Of a stretch of 33,835 nt of DNA, positions 18,181 through 27,251 are shown piece by piece (the stretch's first letter is position 1; each line of letters opens with the position of its first letter). The DNA lies in assembly GCA_002010215.1 (NCBI GenBank), contig MTMY01000017.1:1-33835 (forward strand), read 5' to 3'. Source of the DNA: Archaeoglobus sp. JdFR-37. Its GTDB lineage: Archaea; Halobacteriota; Archaeoglobi; Archaeoglobales; Archaeoglobaceae. The translations under genes and the position numbers were made by a program. Below the pieces are notes generated by a model. It searched no databases. It saw only the letters and a program-made list of their open reading frames with translations, and was not told the DNA's origin.

Positions 18181-18873
18181 CTATTTTGCAGCAACCACAA
18201 CATCTATCTTCATCTTGGGCTTGACGTAATAACCCTTTTCCGGGCTCTGTCCAATCACTACTCCTTCTGCTGTAAGGCTTTTCTGCTTTGTAACGCTCCC
18301 CAGTCCCAGACCTGCGTCTTTAAGGATTTTTCTTGCATCTTCCAGCGTCAGACCTACTAAAGCCGGAACCTCAATCAGGGTGGGGCGGAAAGAGATTACT
18401 GCTGGTTTAATTGAAAACTTCACCCTGTCCACCGCAGCACTCTCCACTTTGTCGAAAGGCGAGATTATTTTAAAGAACACATTTCCCTCCTCATCTTTAT
18501 CGATATGTGTGGCCATTTCAACCTCTATGCCACTCACTACATACCTCGGCTCAGCACCAACCTCTGAGATAGCCAAACCAAGTTTTTCAACGATCTCCTG
18601 AGGTCTGATAATCCTTAAGGACTCAAGAGATTCGGGTGTTACCACAGGCTTCTTTTCAATCACCTTTGCAAGCTGTTCTTTCTCAGAGCTGACTTTTTCC
18701 ACTTCTTTCTTGAGTGCTTCATTCTCCTTTCGCAGTTTGTTCACTTCTAAGCTGAGACTTCTGACAGTTTGCTCAAGAGCAGGAACCTTAACCTTCAGCT
18801 CTTTCAGTTCCTTAATTTCATCTTCAATGGGCTTTTCCGTCTTATCGGGAAGCTTTCTAACTCTTTTCGCCAT
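18181..18873 (-). CDS. Coiled-coil + DUF2589-like + PASTA domain protein
   Basis: Heptad coiled coil (LKELKVKV...LAKV); middle helix-beta-beta module; C-terminal PASTA VPALVGLTLEDARKILKDAGL...GVVIGQSP..G; start reset to ATG 18873. Confidence 0.8.
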   Translation of the reverse strand: MAKRVRKLPDKTEKPIEDEIKELKELKVKVPALEQTVRSLSLEVNKLRKENEALKKEVEKVSSEKEQLAKVIEKKPVVTPESLESLRIIRPQEIVEKLGLAISEVGAEPRYVVSGIEVEMATHIDKDEEGNVFFKIISPFDKVESAAVDRVKFSIKPAVISFRPTLIEVPALVGLTLEDARKILKDAGLGLGSVTKQKSLTAEGVVIGQSPEKGYYVKPKMKIDVVVAAK

Positions 18874-18874
18874 A

Positions 18875-19255
18875 TCAATCCACTTTCCTGCCTGGTGGAA
18901 CTGAAACAATTTTCACCTTCAAAACACTTGTACCTTCCACCTGATAGTCGTACCTGTTTTTGTACGTAGCGTTGATGGGTGCTGCTACCATGACCTTTTT
19001 GAAAACATTCGCTGCCACCTGCTGAAAATTCACACCTAAGGCAAGCTTCAGTTCAAGCTCGATTTCAGGCATGTAGTACCACGGTGCCTGATAGTCGTAT
19101 TTTGAGAGTACCGGATCGTTTTCTGCAGCAATTTGGAGTTCAACGGACGCTCTGTCCAGAGCCTTCTGAGTTTCTGCAATTGCCTCTCCCAGCGACGAAA
19201 GAATTCTATCTACAGGTTCTATGAGGACTTCTTCTACTATATCAAGCTCTCTCAT
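18875..19255 (-). CDS. Hypothetical protein, DUF2589-like (short paralogue)
   Basis: LGEAIAETQKALD helix; PWYYMPEIELELKL; NATYKNRYDYQVEGTSVLKVKIVSVPP matches the upstream paralogue. Confidence 0.72.
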   Translation of the reverse strand: MRELDIVEEVLIEPVDRILSSLGEAIAETQKALDRASVELQIAAENDPVLSKYDYQAPWYYMPEIELELKLALGVNFQQVAANVFKKVMVAAPINATYKNRYDYQVEGTSVLKVKIVSVPPGRKVD

Positions 19256-19267
19256 GTCTTCTCAGCC

Positions 19268-19873
19268 TTATCCAGGTGGTGATGGCTCTTCAACTGTTAT
19301 TCTTACTGGAGTAACCCCTTCCGGAGGTGGAACCGGCTTTATAGTTACACGAAGTAAACTTGCACCCTCTGCCTTGTAGCCGTATTTCTGAGAGTACTTC
19401 GCATTCACGCTTGAAACTCTCAGCGAGGTCTTCTTTGCACTGGCCTCTATGGATGCTTTACCCCACAGCCAGCTTGCACTTGCCTTCGCCTTAACTCCAG
19501 CTTCCTTGCTCACTCTGCTTGTAACATTTGTCTCTCTTTCGTAAGATCTTTCAGAAGTCATGGTGATGGATATTTTCACCTCCACCAGCCCTTCCGTCAC
19601 ATTGTAGAATGTGGGAGAAATCCCGTATACAAGCAATGGCATCTCAACATCGTTGAAAACCGGCTCAGCTTTCTTGAGATTCCCCTCTTCATCTCTCGTC
19701 TCTTTTATTGCCACTATCACGCTTTCTGCCGGTAACGTCGTCTCTGCAAGGGCCTGTGCGACGCTTATAGACTCCATATCCATAGCCGTCTGACCTTGGG
19801 CTATGGCAAGCATCAGTTCCTTAACCATCTCTGGAAAAGGAACGTCCAGAAGTTCTTCACCAATCCTTGGCAT
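19268..19873 (-). CDS. Hypothetical protein, DUF2589-like with Ser/Ala/Lys-rich amphipathic beta-hairpin
   Basis: LLDVPFPEMV...AIAQGQTAMD; PTFYNVTEGLVEVKISI; hairpin AGVKAKASASWLWGKASIEASA; NAKYSQKYGYKAEGASLLRVTIKPVPP. Confidence 0.75.
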   Translation of the reverse strand: MPRIGEELLDVPFPEMVKELMLAIAQGQTAMDMESISVAQALAETTLPAESVIVAIKETRDEEGNLKKAEPVFNDVEMPLLVYGISPTFYNVTEGLVEVKISITMTSERSYERETNVTSRVSKEAGVKAKASASWLWGKASIEASAKKTSLRVSSVNAKYSQKYGYKAEGASLLRVTIKPVPPPEGVTPVRITVEEPSPPG

Positions 19874-20065
19874 CTAAAACACCAATTTATTAGCTCTACT
19901 TATACTATATATAACTTCCGAAACTATAAATTCGTTATTAAGAAAATATTATAAATTTTCGAGCTTGGCTATAGCACTAGACAATAGCTCTGGATTTGCA
20001 ACTCATTTCCAATCCAGTTTTTTAGAGAATTATTCAGAATCTAGAGAAAAATAAGAAAATAAAAA

Positions 20066-22888
20066 CTAAACTGCATAAATAGCTGGCTTCCCGGGCATTG
20101 CTGCTCTTCTCTTCTCCACTGGTACCTTTTCTGGATCTATCTTCACCTTAATTCCTAACTCCCTTTCAAAGAAGTCTAAAGCCGAGTTTATAACTTCTTC
20201 CTCATTGACGCTATCAAAGCCCTCGAACCTCTCCTTGAAGATCCTTTTCACAAAACTCGAGACCTCCTTGGCCATTCCTCTGAATCTCTCGTCGGACATT
20301 ATTATCTTCATGGCCTTCCTGACATCGCCAGCTTCTCTGGCTACCCTGACCACTTCACGCTTCCAGTCTTCAGCTATGGCTATGTAAACCGCTTCAACAT
20401 CGCCAGCAAACTTGAGAATTTCCTTCATATCTTCAAGAAGCATTCTAACGTATTCTTCGCTGACCTCTGCGACCTCATCTACCTTCGTTTCATCGTATTC
20501 GGGATAGCTTTCCAGACTGATAAAGGAATCGTGCTTCCAGTGCCAGATTTCCTCGCAGATGTGGGGTGCGAAAGGTGCCAGCAGCTTCAGCCAGTCGTCG
20601 AAGATGATTGCAAGGTTTTTGCCTCCCCGCCTTAGATACCATCTCACATCATTCATCATCTCGAAGAAGGCCGCATTCACTGCCCTCCTGGTCTGCAGCT
20701 TCTCCATTGCATCTCTCGTCTCCTTAATTGCCCTTTGCAGCCTGCTCATAAGCCATCTGTCAAGCTGGTCGGGTTGCTGAACATCTTTCAGATAGTAATC
20801 TTTCGCCAGATTATAGAACCTCCTGAGGTTTGCTGCAAGCCCTTCAACATCCTTTCTCCGCCAGTCAGCATCGCTGTCGTATTCCGATGCATGAAGAATG
20901 TAAAGGCGTGTCACGTCAGCTCCAAACTCCTCTACGGCCCTCTTCATGGTGAGAAGCGGCCCCTTGCTCTTGCTCATTTTCTTTCCTTCAAGGCTGACAA
21001 ATCCATTTACTGCTATTGCTCTTGGCCACAACTCCTTTGGGAAAATTGCGATGTGGTGGAAGAGGAAGAAGAGGAGGTGGTTCGCAACTAAATCCTTCCC
21101 GCTGCTCCGCAGGTCAACGGGGTACCAGTACAGGAAGTCCTTTCTCATCTCTTCCGCAGTTTTAACATCCACTCCACTTTTACCTGCAGCCTCTTCTGGA
21201 TTGCCGATGCCAAGCAGAACGTAGTCCAGCAGCTCTTTGGTGAGGTTCTCTGCTTTTACCACGCCCGAGTTTACGTACTTGGCGATTATGTAGTAGGCCA
21301 TGTAGATTGTTGAGTCGGAAAGACTCTCTATTAGCCACTCCCTATCCCAGGGGATCCTCGTACCCAGACCTTTTCGCCTTGCACATGCCTTGTCTTTCAA
21401 CCACTCTATCTTGTTCCTGAACTCCTCCTTGTAGTATTCGGGGATTATGGCCATTTCATCCAGCCATTCCAGAACCTTACCCTTCCACTCCGGATTGGAA
21501 TAGTTCAGGAACCACTGATCCTTCACAACCTTCACAACGCACTTGGTGCCGCATCTGCAAACTACTGGCTTCTCGCTGAACTCGTAGAAGATGTCTCCAA
21601 TCCCATTTCTGATGAGATCCTGCTGAAGCCTCTCCTTTATTTGGGAGACCTTTATCCCGGCATAATCTCCGGTTATTTCCAGCAGAACTCCTTTGTGGAA
21701 CTCCTTCTTGTAGATGGTCTTCGTGGCCTTTTCCAGCTGCTCCACTTCCTTCTGACTCTTTATCTCCATTTCTTCAACTATGTCTTTGGCCGGGACTTCA
21801 TAGTCCTCATCCTCTATCTTTATCAGGACTATCGGCCTGAGGTTCTGGACTATTTCCCCGATTCCGTACTTCTCAAGAGTCTTATCGTCTTTCTTGAGCT
21901 CCTCTATGGCCACATAGTCATAAGGTGCGTGGGCTGGCACGCTCATCACAACGCCTGTTGCATTGTCTGTGTCAACGAACTCTGCCGGAAGAATAGGAAC
22001 ATTATTCCCTGTGACTGGATTGGTAACGTATTTTCCAATGAATTGGTCAGCATCCACCTCTCTGAGGAGTTCAACTTTCTTATCTGTGAATGTGAGCTTC
22101 TCATAAGCCTCTCTGCTCACAAACCATACTTCATCATCTACTTTAGCGAGGACATATCGGGTGGGCTTTAACCAGATGTTTGTCACACCAAAAACTGTTT
22201 CGGGGCGAAGAGTGGCGCAGGGGAAGATTATTCTCCCATCTTTACTTTCAAAATAGAACTTTATGATGGTGTAATCAACTATCGTTGCCTCTTCACCCAT
22301 CAGAAGGTCATGATCCTCAACTGGATTTGCATCATGGGGGCAGTAGCGGACTGGGTGGCTGCCCTTGACGATGAGGTTCTTCTCCTTCAGCTTCCAGTAC
22401 TGCCACTCTATAAAACGCTGGTAAGCCTCATCTGTAGTTGTAAAAACGCGGCGCCAGTCTATGGAGTAGCCTATGCCTTTTAAGGCAGATAAAGCCTCTC
22501 TTGCAAAGTACTCTACCACTTTCTCAGGGGTTGTTAGCTGGAGAAGTTCATCCAGATGCACATCATGGAATTTTGTGTAGACATCGATGGTTCTTTCATC
22601 CCTCTTTGCAATGAGCTCGGCAAGCCCAATGATGGGCGTTCCAGTGACGTGAAATCCCATAGGGAAGAGGACATTATAGCCGAGCATTCTCTTGTATCTG
22701 GCAACTGCATCCCCAATTGTAAATGTTCTTGTATGCCCGGCATGAAGATTTCCGTTCAGATACGGATAGGGGATTGTGATGAAGAACTTGGGTTTTTCAG
22801 ACGATTCAGCAGGTTCAGCGTGAAATACTCCCTTTTCCTCCCACTCTTTCTGCCACTTCTTCTCTACCTCTCTGAAGTCCACGCTCAT
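20066..22888 (-). CDS. leuS: Leucine--tRNA ligase (archaeal type)
   Basis: PYPYLNGNLHAGH (HIGH), CP1 editing motifs ATLRPET and TGVVMSVPAHAPYD, KMSKS. Confidence 0.98.
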   Translation of the reverse strand: MSVDFREVEKKWQKEWEEKGVFHAEPAESSEKPKFFITIPYPYLNGNLHAGHTRTFTIGDAVARYKRMLGYNVLFPMGFHVTGTPIIGLAELIAKRDERTIDVYTKFHDVHLDELLQLTTPEKVVEYFAREALSALKGIGYSIDWRRVFTTTDEAYQRFIEWQYWKLKEKNLIVKGSHPVRYCPHDANPVEDHDLLMGEEATIVDYTIIKFYFESKDGRIIFPCATLRPETVFGVTNIWLKPTRYVLAKVDDEVWFVSREAYEKLTFTDKKVELLREVDADQFIGKYVTNPVTGNNVPILPAEFVDTDNATGVVMSVPAHAPYDYVAIEELKKDDKTLEKYGIGEIVQNLRPIVLIKIEDEDYEVPAKDIVEEMEIKSQKEVEQLEKATKTIYKKEFHKGVLLEITGDYAGIKVSQIKERLQQDLIRNGIGDIFYEFSEKPVVCRCGTKCVVKVVKDQWFLNYSNPEWKGKVLEWLDEMAIIPEYYKEEFRNKIEWLKDKACARRKGLGTRIPWDREWLIESLSDSTIYMAYYIIAKYVNSGVVKAENLTKELLDYVLLGIGNPEEAAGKSGVDVKTAEEMRKDFLYWYPVDLRSSGKDLVANHLLFFLFHHIAIFPKELWPRAIAVNGFVSLEGKKMSKSKGPLLTMKRAVEEFGADVTRLYILHASEYDSDADWRRKDVEGLAANLRRFYNLAKDYYLKDVQQPDQLDRWLMSRLQRAIKETRDAMEKLQTRRAVNAAFFEMMNDVRWYLRRGGKNLAIIFDDWLKLLAPFAPHICEEIWHWKHDSFISLESYPEYDETKVDEVAEVSEEYVRMLLEDMKEILKFAGDVEAVYIAIAEDWKREVVRVAREAGDVRKAMKIIMSDERFRGMAKEVSSFVKRIFKERFEGFDSVNEEEVINSALDFFERELGIKVKIDPEKVPVEKRRAAMPGKPAIYAV

Positions 22889-23033
22889 CGCCTCCTAATA
22901 GTCTTGGCGCTTAAAAAAATTGCGTAAAGGGTTGTGTAAAGAGTGTGTTGATAGCGTCACTAACAAATGTTTCGAAAGATAATTTCTTACAAATTGATAT
23001 AATTTCATTTAAATCATTAATTGGGGAACGTGT

Positions 23034-24221
23034 ATGAAAGTGAAGGTGATTGTGGAACTTATTGTGATTTTCGCTGTCTTAGCAATTCCTGCTGAGGTTT
23101 ATGCTGCAGGTTTTGGTCTTGCACCGTCATTTATTGATCTTAAAGACCTGACAAGGGGACAGAGTGTGGAAAGGAGTGTGAAAATATATAACAATCAGAA
23201 TCAGCCTCTGGAGCTGTATCCAGATACAGGGGAGTATAGTGATTGGGTTACAGTCCTGAATCCTGACGGAGGTGAGATTAAATCGATAAATGTTCCTCCA
23301 AACGGCTCAGCCACAGTTATTCTGAAGATAACTGTTCCGGCGACCGCTGCCAATGGTGAATATGAGATACCTGTTTACTTTGGCACCAAACCGCCAGAGG
23401 AGGGGACAGGAATTGGCGTTCAGGCCCCTGTGAAGGTGTTTTTAATAGTAACGGGTCAGCAGAGGATTAGCGTGAAGGTCATGTCTTATGAGGTGAGCGA
23501 TACAGAAGTTGGAGTTCCTGCGAGGTTAAGCATTACCGTTATGAATGACGGAAACGTGATTGCTCAGCCGGAGTTTAAGATCAAGATCTCGAAAGACGGA
23601 AGCGAGATATTTGAAAATAAAACTAAGGTAAAGATTCCGCCTCGGGAGATAGAGGAGATTAAGCTATCTTGGGACACCTCAAATGCTCAGAAGGGAAATT
23701 ATTCAGTAATGCTGACCGTAGATCTTGATGGTGAAACTGTTTATTCCCATGAAGTAGCGTTTAAGGTTTTTGAAAAAGGAACCCTGACAGCATCACTCTA
23801 TCTGGTTAATGCAAGCCTCAACAAGTACCTGGAAGTGGGTAAAACAGGAAAATTTGAAGTTTTCGTCAAAAATACGGGATACATCGACTATGAAGCCAAA
23901 TTGAGGGTTGAAGTGTATAGAGACGATGAGTTCCTCAGCGTGGTTCAGAGCGATTCAGTGTGGCTGGAAAAAGGAAATATGGCTCCGCTTACAGCGTACC
24001 TATTATTCGATGAAAAAGGAGAGTATACTCTCAAACCAGTGGTAGTTTATGCAGGAAAGTTGGCCATACTCAACGAGGCTTTTGTGAAAGTTGGAGTAGG
24101 AACGAAAACTCAAGAAAATTCAGAGGAGAAAGTTGCTGTAAAAGCACGTGGGTTCGAAGCATTTGCGCTGCTAACAGTAGTGATAGTCTTAATGACAATT
24201 CTATGGTTAAAAAGACGTTAA
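23034..24221 (+). CDS. Secreted multi-Ig-domain surface protein with PGF-CTERM-like anchor
   Basis: Signal peptide; three beta-sandwich domains (G.SVERSVKIYN, VMNDGNV, VKNTG); C-terminal ARGF + TM helix + KRR. Confidence 0.8.
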   Translation: MKVKVIVELIVIFAVLAIPAEVYAAGFGLAPSFIDLKDLTRGQSVERSVKIYNNQNQPLELYPDTGEYSDWVTVLNPDGGEIKSINVPPNGSATVILKITVPATAANGEYEIPVYFGTKPPEEGTGIGVQAPVKVFLIVTGQQRISVKVMSYEVSDTEVGVPARLSITVMNDGNVIAQPEFKIKISKDGSEIFENKTKVKIPPREIEEIKLSWDTSNAQKGNYSVMLTVDLDGETVYSHEVAFKVFEKGTLTASLYLVNASLNKYLEVGKTGKFEVFVKNTGYIDYEAKLRVEVYRDDEFLSVVQSDSVWLEKGNMAPLTAYLLFDEKGEYTLKPVVVYAGKLAILNEAFVKVGVGTKTQENSEEKVAVKARGFEAFALLTVVIVLMTILWLKRR

Positions 24222-24302
24222 TTCAATCTTTTTTACCATTTTTTTTCCTGTTAATCACTTCTTAATCCTTCTACATTCTGGTTAACTCTGTTTTATTCTG
24301 AA

Positions 24303-24319
24303 ATTAACTAAGTAGTTTG
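24303..24319. promoter_or_regulatory. 17-bp motif ATTAACTAAGTAGTTTG, copy 1
   Basis: Exact match to 26090-26106; contains the inverted repeat AACTA-N2-TAGTT; ~39 nt upstream of the probable start. Confidence 0.7.
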
Positions 24320-24357
24320 GAGCTAATGGACTGACAGCCGAAAAGGAGGTGAGTTAT

Positions 24358-25473
24358 GTGAGAAAAGAAATACTAGTGTTGGTGGTAATGGCATTATTGG
24401 CGTCACCAGCGTTTGGATTGACTGCAGCAAGCCAAGATTTAACGGAGCAGATAAGAGTTGATGTTGTTGCACATGTGGATCCGGCAGGAAACCCACCGTG
24501 GATAAAAGCGAAGTGGGAAATGTGGATGGAGCCTACCTATGAAGAACTTGTAGATGCTGACCCATACACAATTGGAACCCAAGGGGATATCGTACCGGGT
24601 GGAAACACGTACTTCTATTCCTTCGTGATAGTTAGTGACCCCAATGGTATTGAGGATCTTGATTATGGTAATGTGTATGTAGATGTATATCATCCAACAT
24701 GCGGCTGGGGAGATGGCAGCTTCAAGTATCAGGTACATGCTTATGAAATAACCCCACCACAGGATGAATATGGAGTACCAATGATGGATGTGCCCATATT
24801 CTATGGCTATACTGTTCGGGACCTTCTTGATATGGGTGTAGCTGCTGGTTACTTTACAGCTGAGGAGGCAGCTGAGCTCTGGGAGGAAATCCACCAGAAT
24901 GATGCGAGAATCTATGTGGCCGAACTTGAAATAAGCTACCACCAGCCTTATGGGTGGTATAGAGTTGAAGCTTGGGCCACCGACAACGATGGTGGACAGT
25001 CTGACAAGTTTATCAACTACTTCGAAGTCAGACCAATGCTTGCATGGGAGACAGACTTCAATACAGTTGAGTTCGCTAATGTGAAAGTTGGAACAAGGGC
25101 ACAGGTTAGCGGTGACTACGATCTGAACACTCCGTTTAGGCCAACCGTCAGAAACTTGGGCAATACACCAATAATCCTGTCCGCATATGCATCGGATGCC
25201 ACGAGCAACACAACTCCGCCAAAGCACTTTACGGACATCTTTGACATGAGATTCCTGAATGAGGATGTAATGCTACCGTCATTCGAGTGGTTCATGTTTA
25301 GCAACATGTTGCCGCCATGCAACACAACGAAGATTGACTTTAGCCTGCATCTACCACAGGGAGCACCCGCGTCAGACTACTCAGGTTACATACTGCTGAA
25401 GTTTGAGGGCTACGTGCTACCGTGCGATGTGCCAGAGTCAATAAGCGACCCAGTGCAACCATGGGCACCATAA
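24358..25473 (+). CDS. Secreted beta-rich surface/filament subunit candidate
   Basis: GGAGGTGA RBS, GTG start (24349 alternative); signal peptide ending AFG; acidic beta-rich body; no membrane anchor; T-rich terminator follows. Confidence 0.75.
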   Translation: MRKEILVLVVMALLASPAFGLTAASQDLTEQIRVDVVAHVDPAGNPPWIKAKWEMWMEPTYEELVDADPYTIGTQGDIVPGGNTYFYSFVIVSDPNGIEDLDYGNVYVDVYHPTCGWGDGSFKYQVHAYEITPPQDEYGVPMMDVPIFYGYTVRDLLDMGVAAGYFTAEEAAELWEEIHQNDARIYVAELEISYHQPYGWYRVEAWATDNDGGQSDKFINYFEVRPMLAWETDFNTVEFANVKVGTRAQVSGDYDLNTPFRPTVRNLGNTPIILSAYASDATSNTTPPKHFTDIFDMRFLNEDVMLPSFEWFMFSNMLPPCNTTKIDFSLHLPQGAPASDYSGYILLKFEGYVLPCDVPESISDPVQPWAP

Positions 25474-25488
25474 AGCTATAAGGACAAT

Positions 25489-25511
25489 ATTTATTTTTTA
25501 ATTTTTATTTT
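25489..25511 (+). terminator. Oligo-T archaeal terminator
   Basis: TTTATTTTTTAATTTTTATTTT run just after stop 25473. Confidence 0.5.
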
Positions 25512-25604
25512 GAGAATTAGGTTAAGGGGTTTTACTGAATATATATTAGGAACTATAAAATTTAATTAAATACTAGTATTGATCATTATTTTTTGGTGTA
25601 GGTT

Positions 25605-26048
25605 ATGGATGGGATTGCTAGTTTGATATCTAATAAGCGCAGGAGGCTTTTGCTGAGGTATCTTGTGAACAACAATGGCAAAGGCAGCCTGGAAGAAGTC
25701 ATTTCTTATATCTGTGACAATGAAGGCGATCCTGAGTGTAAAAACCGGAAGAGTGTTTACATAAGCCTGAAGCAAACTCATATTCCGAAGCTGGAAAAGG
25801 CACGGCTTGTGATTTATGATAAAAGGTCGAACACCCTTTATCTGGAGGAGAGCTACAAGAAAGATGTGAAGATGTATGTTGAGTTCGTAGAAGGGGTTGA
25901 TATAAGCTGGAGTAAATACTATATTGGGCTCGCTGGTGTGGCGATGGCAGGAAGCGTTTATTTGATGGACTTCTGGGCACTTACGGTATCGTTTCTCTTC
26001 CTTGTGAGTGCTAGTCTGAATATAGCCAAACAAAGGAGAGTAATCTGA
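25605..26048 (+). CDS. Membrane-anchored winged-helix regulator (DUF7344-like)
   Basis: LISNKRRRLLLRYL, RKSVYISLKQTHIPKLEKARLVIYD, then two short TM segments. Confidence 0.8.
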   Translation: MDGIASLISNKRRRLLLRYLVNNNGKGSLEEVISYICDNEGDPECKNRKSVYISLKQTHIPKLEKARLVIYDKRSNTLYLEESYKKDVKMYVEFVEGVDISWSKYYIGLAGVAMAGSVYLMDFWALTVSFLFLVSASLNIAKQRRVI

Positions 26049-26089
26049 TTAATGGGTCGTTAAAAGTTCAGAAAAACGGTTTGGCGGAT

Positions 26090-26106
26090 ATTAACTAAGT
26101 AGTTTG
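26090..26106. promoter_or_regulatory. 17-bp motif ATTAACTAAGTAGTTTG, copy 2
   Basis: Exact match to 24303-24319; ~50 nt upstream of the first DUF1102 gene. Confidence 0.7.
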
Positions 26107-26155
26107 TGAGGATATATTCTACAAAAATGGAGGAGTAATAGAGGGGGTATGAAAA

Positions 26156-26665
26156 ATGATGGGGAGGCTTTTTGGGCTCGTATTGCTTGTAACCGCCTTA
26201 ATGCTGGCCATGAAAATTGGCGCAGATTTTGCCAGCTATGAGGCTGAAAGAAGCGTGCACATAGCAGTGGTGGCAGACGATCAGGAGCTCATTGACTTGG
26301 ACCCTCAGCAACCATATGCTTACTTAGGGAATGATGGTAAGCTCTACATTGATATAAGCGAAAACAATCCAAATTATGATGAAGGTCTTGGTAAGGGGAT
26401 AAGTCCTGATTCTGTGTATGCTTTCAATTGCATGTTCAATGTTTCAAACCATTTGTGGAATGGAACCACAATAGAGGTAAGGATAACCTCCAGCCATAGC
26501 TTGGTTAAACTTTACACCGATAATCTTGACTCAGCTGATAATACTGTCACGTTCCAGGTGCCACCTGAAAGCAGCGTCTGCGTGGGCATGGAGTTCAGCG
26601 GACAGGGTCTCGAACCGGATGAGGTCATTAATGGTACATTGACAATACATGCAGAACCTTCTTAA
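26156..26665 (+). CDS. DUF1102 family secreted pilin-like protein 1
   Basis: Signal peptide, then GADFASYEAERSVHIAVVADDQELIDLDPQQPYAY; G.G.SPDSVYAF..MF.VSN.LW; CVGM. Confidence 0.85.
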   Translation: MMGRLFGLVLLVTALMLAMKIGADFASYEAERSVHIAVVADDQELIDLDPQQPYAYLGNDGKLYIDISENNPNYDEGLGKGISPDSVYAFNCMFNVSNHLWNGTTIEVRITSSHSLVKLYTDNLDSADNTVTFQVPPESSVCVGMEFSGQGLEPDEVINGTLTIHAEPS

Positions 26666-26678
26666 TGGGGTGTTATAG

Positions 26679-27212
26679 ATGAACAAAATAGCCCTGCTGG
26701 TAATTTTTTCAGTGGCTCTGGCTTTGGTGGCTGGAGTTGGTGCAAACTTCAGGATGTTCAACGCGGAAAGAGAGTTCAGCGTGGCAGTGGTAGCGGATGA
26801 TCAGGAGCTTATAGACCTCACTCCGAACCAGCCGTACGCCTTTATAGATGATGATGGTAAAATGATCGTCAGATTCGACACGCTCAACAGAAATTATCCC
26901 GGCTATGGTAACGGGATTAGTCCGGATACAATCTATGTTTTTGATAAGGTATTCTGTGTCTCTAATGGGCTGTGGGATAATGAAACAATTGCTGTGGACC
27001 TAAGAGTTTCACCAAGTTTGGAAGGTATAATTAAACTTTACTCGCCAAGCAGTACTGAAAACAGAAGTCCGGATGAGGCTGGAAGTACTTTAATTACCGT
27101 AATAAAGCCAGGCGAGGATGCATGCATCGGTTTTGTGATAAACACTACAGGCTATACTAAAGACAACTCCTATGAAGGAACGATAACGATACAAGGGTAC
27201 AGGTTCACTTAA
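26679..27212 (+). CDS. DUF1102 family secreted pilin-like protein 2
   Basis: GANFRMFNAEREFSVAVVADDQELIDLTPNQPYAF; YPGYGNGISPDTIYVF. Confidence 0.85.
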   Translation: MNKIALLVIFSVALALVAGVGANFRMFNAEREFSVAVVADDQELIDLTPNQPYAFIDDDGKMIVRFDTLNRNYPGYGNGISPDTIYVFDKVFCVSNGLWDNETIAVDLRVSPSLEGIIKLYSPSSTENRSPDEAGSTLITVIKPGEDACIGFVINTTGYTKDNSYEGTITIQGYRFT

Positions 27213-27226
27213 AGCTGCTTAGGGGC

Positions 27227-27251
27227 TTTTTATAATTTTTTAATTTAATTT
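27227..27251 (+). terminator. Internal oligo-T terminator/attenuator after DUF1102 gene 2
   Basis: TTTTTATAATTTTTTAATTTAATTT between genes 2 and 3. Confidence 0.45.
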
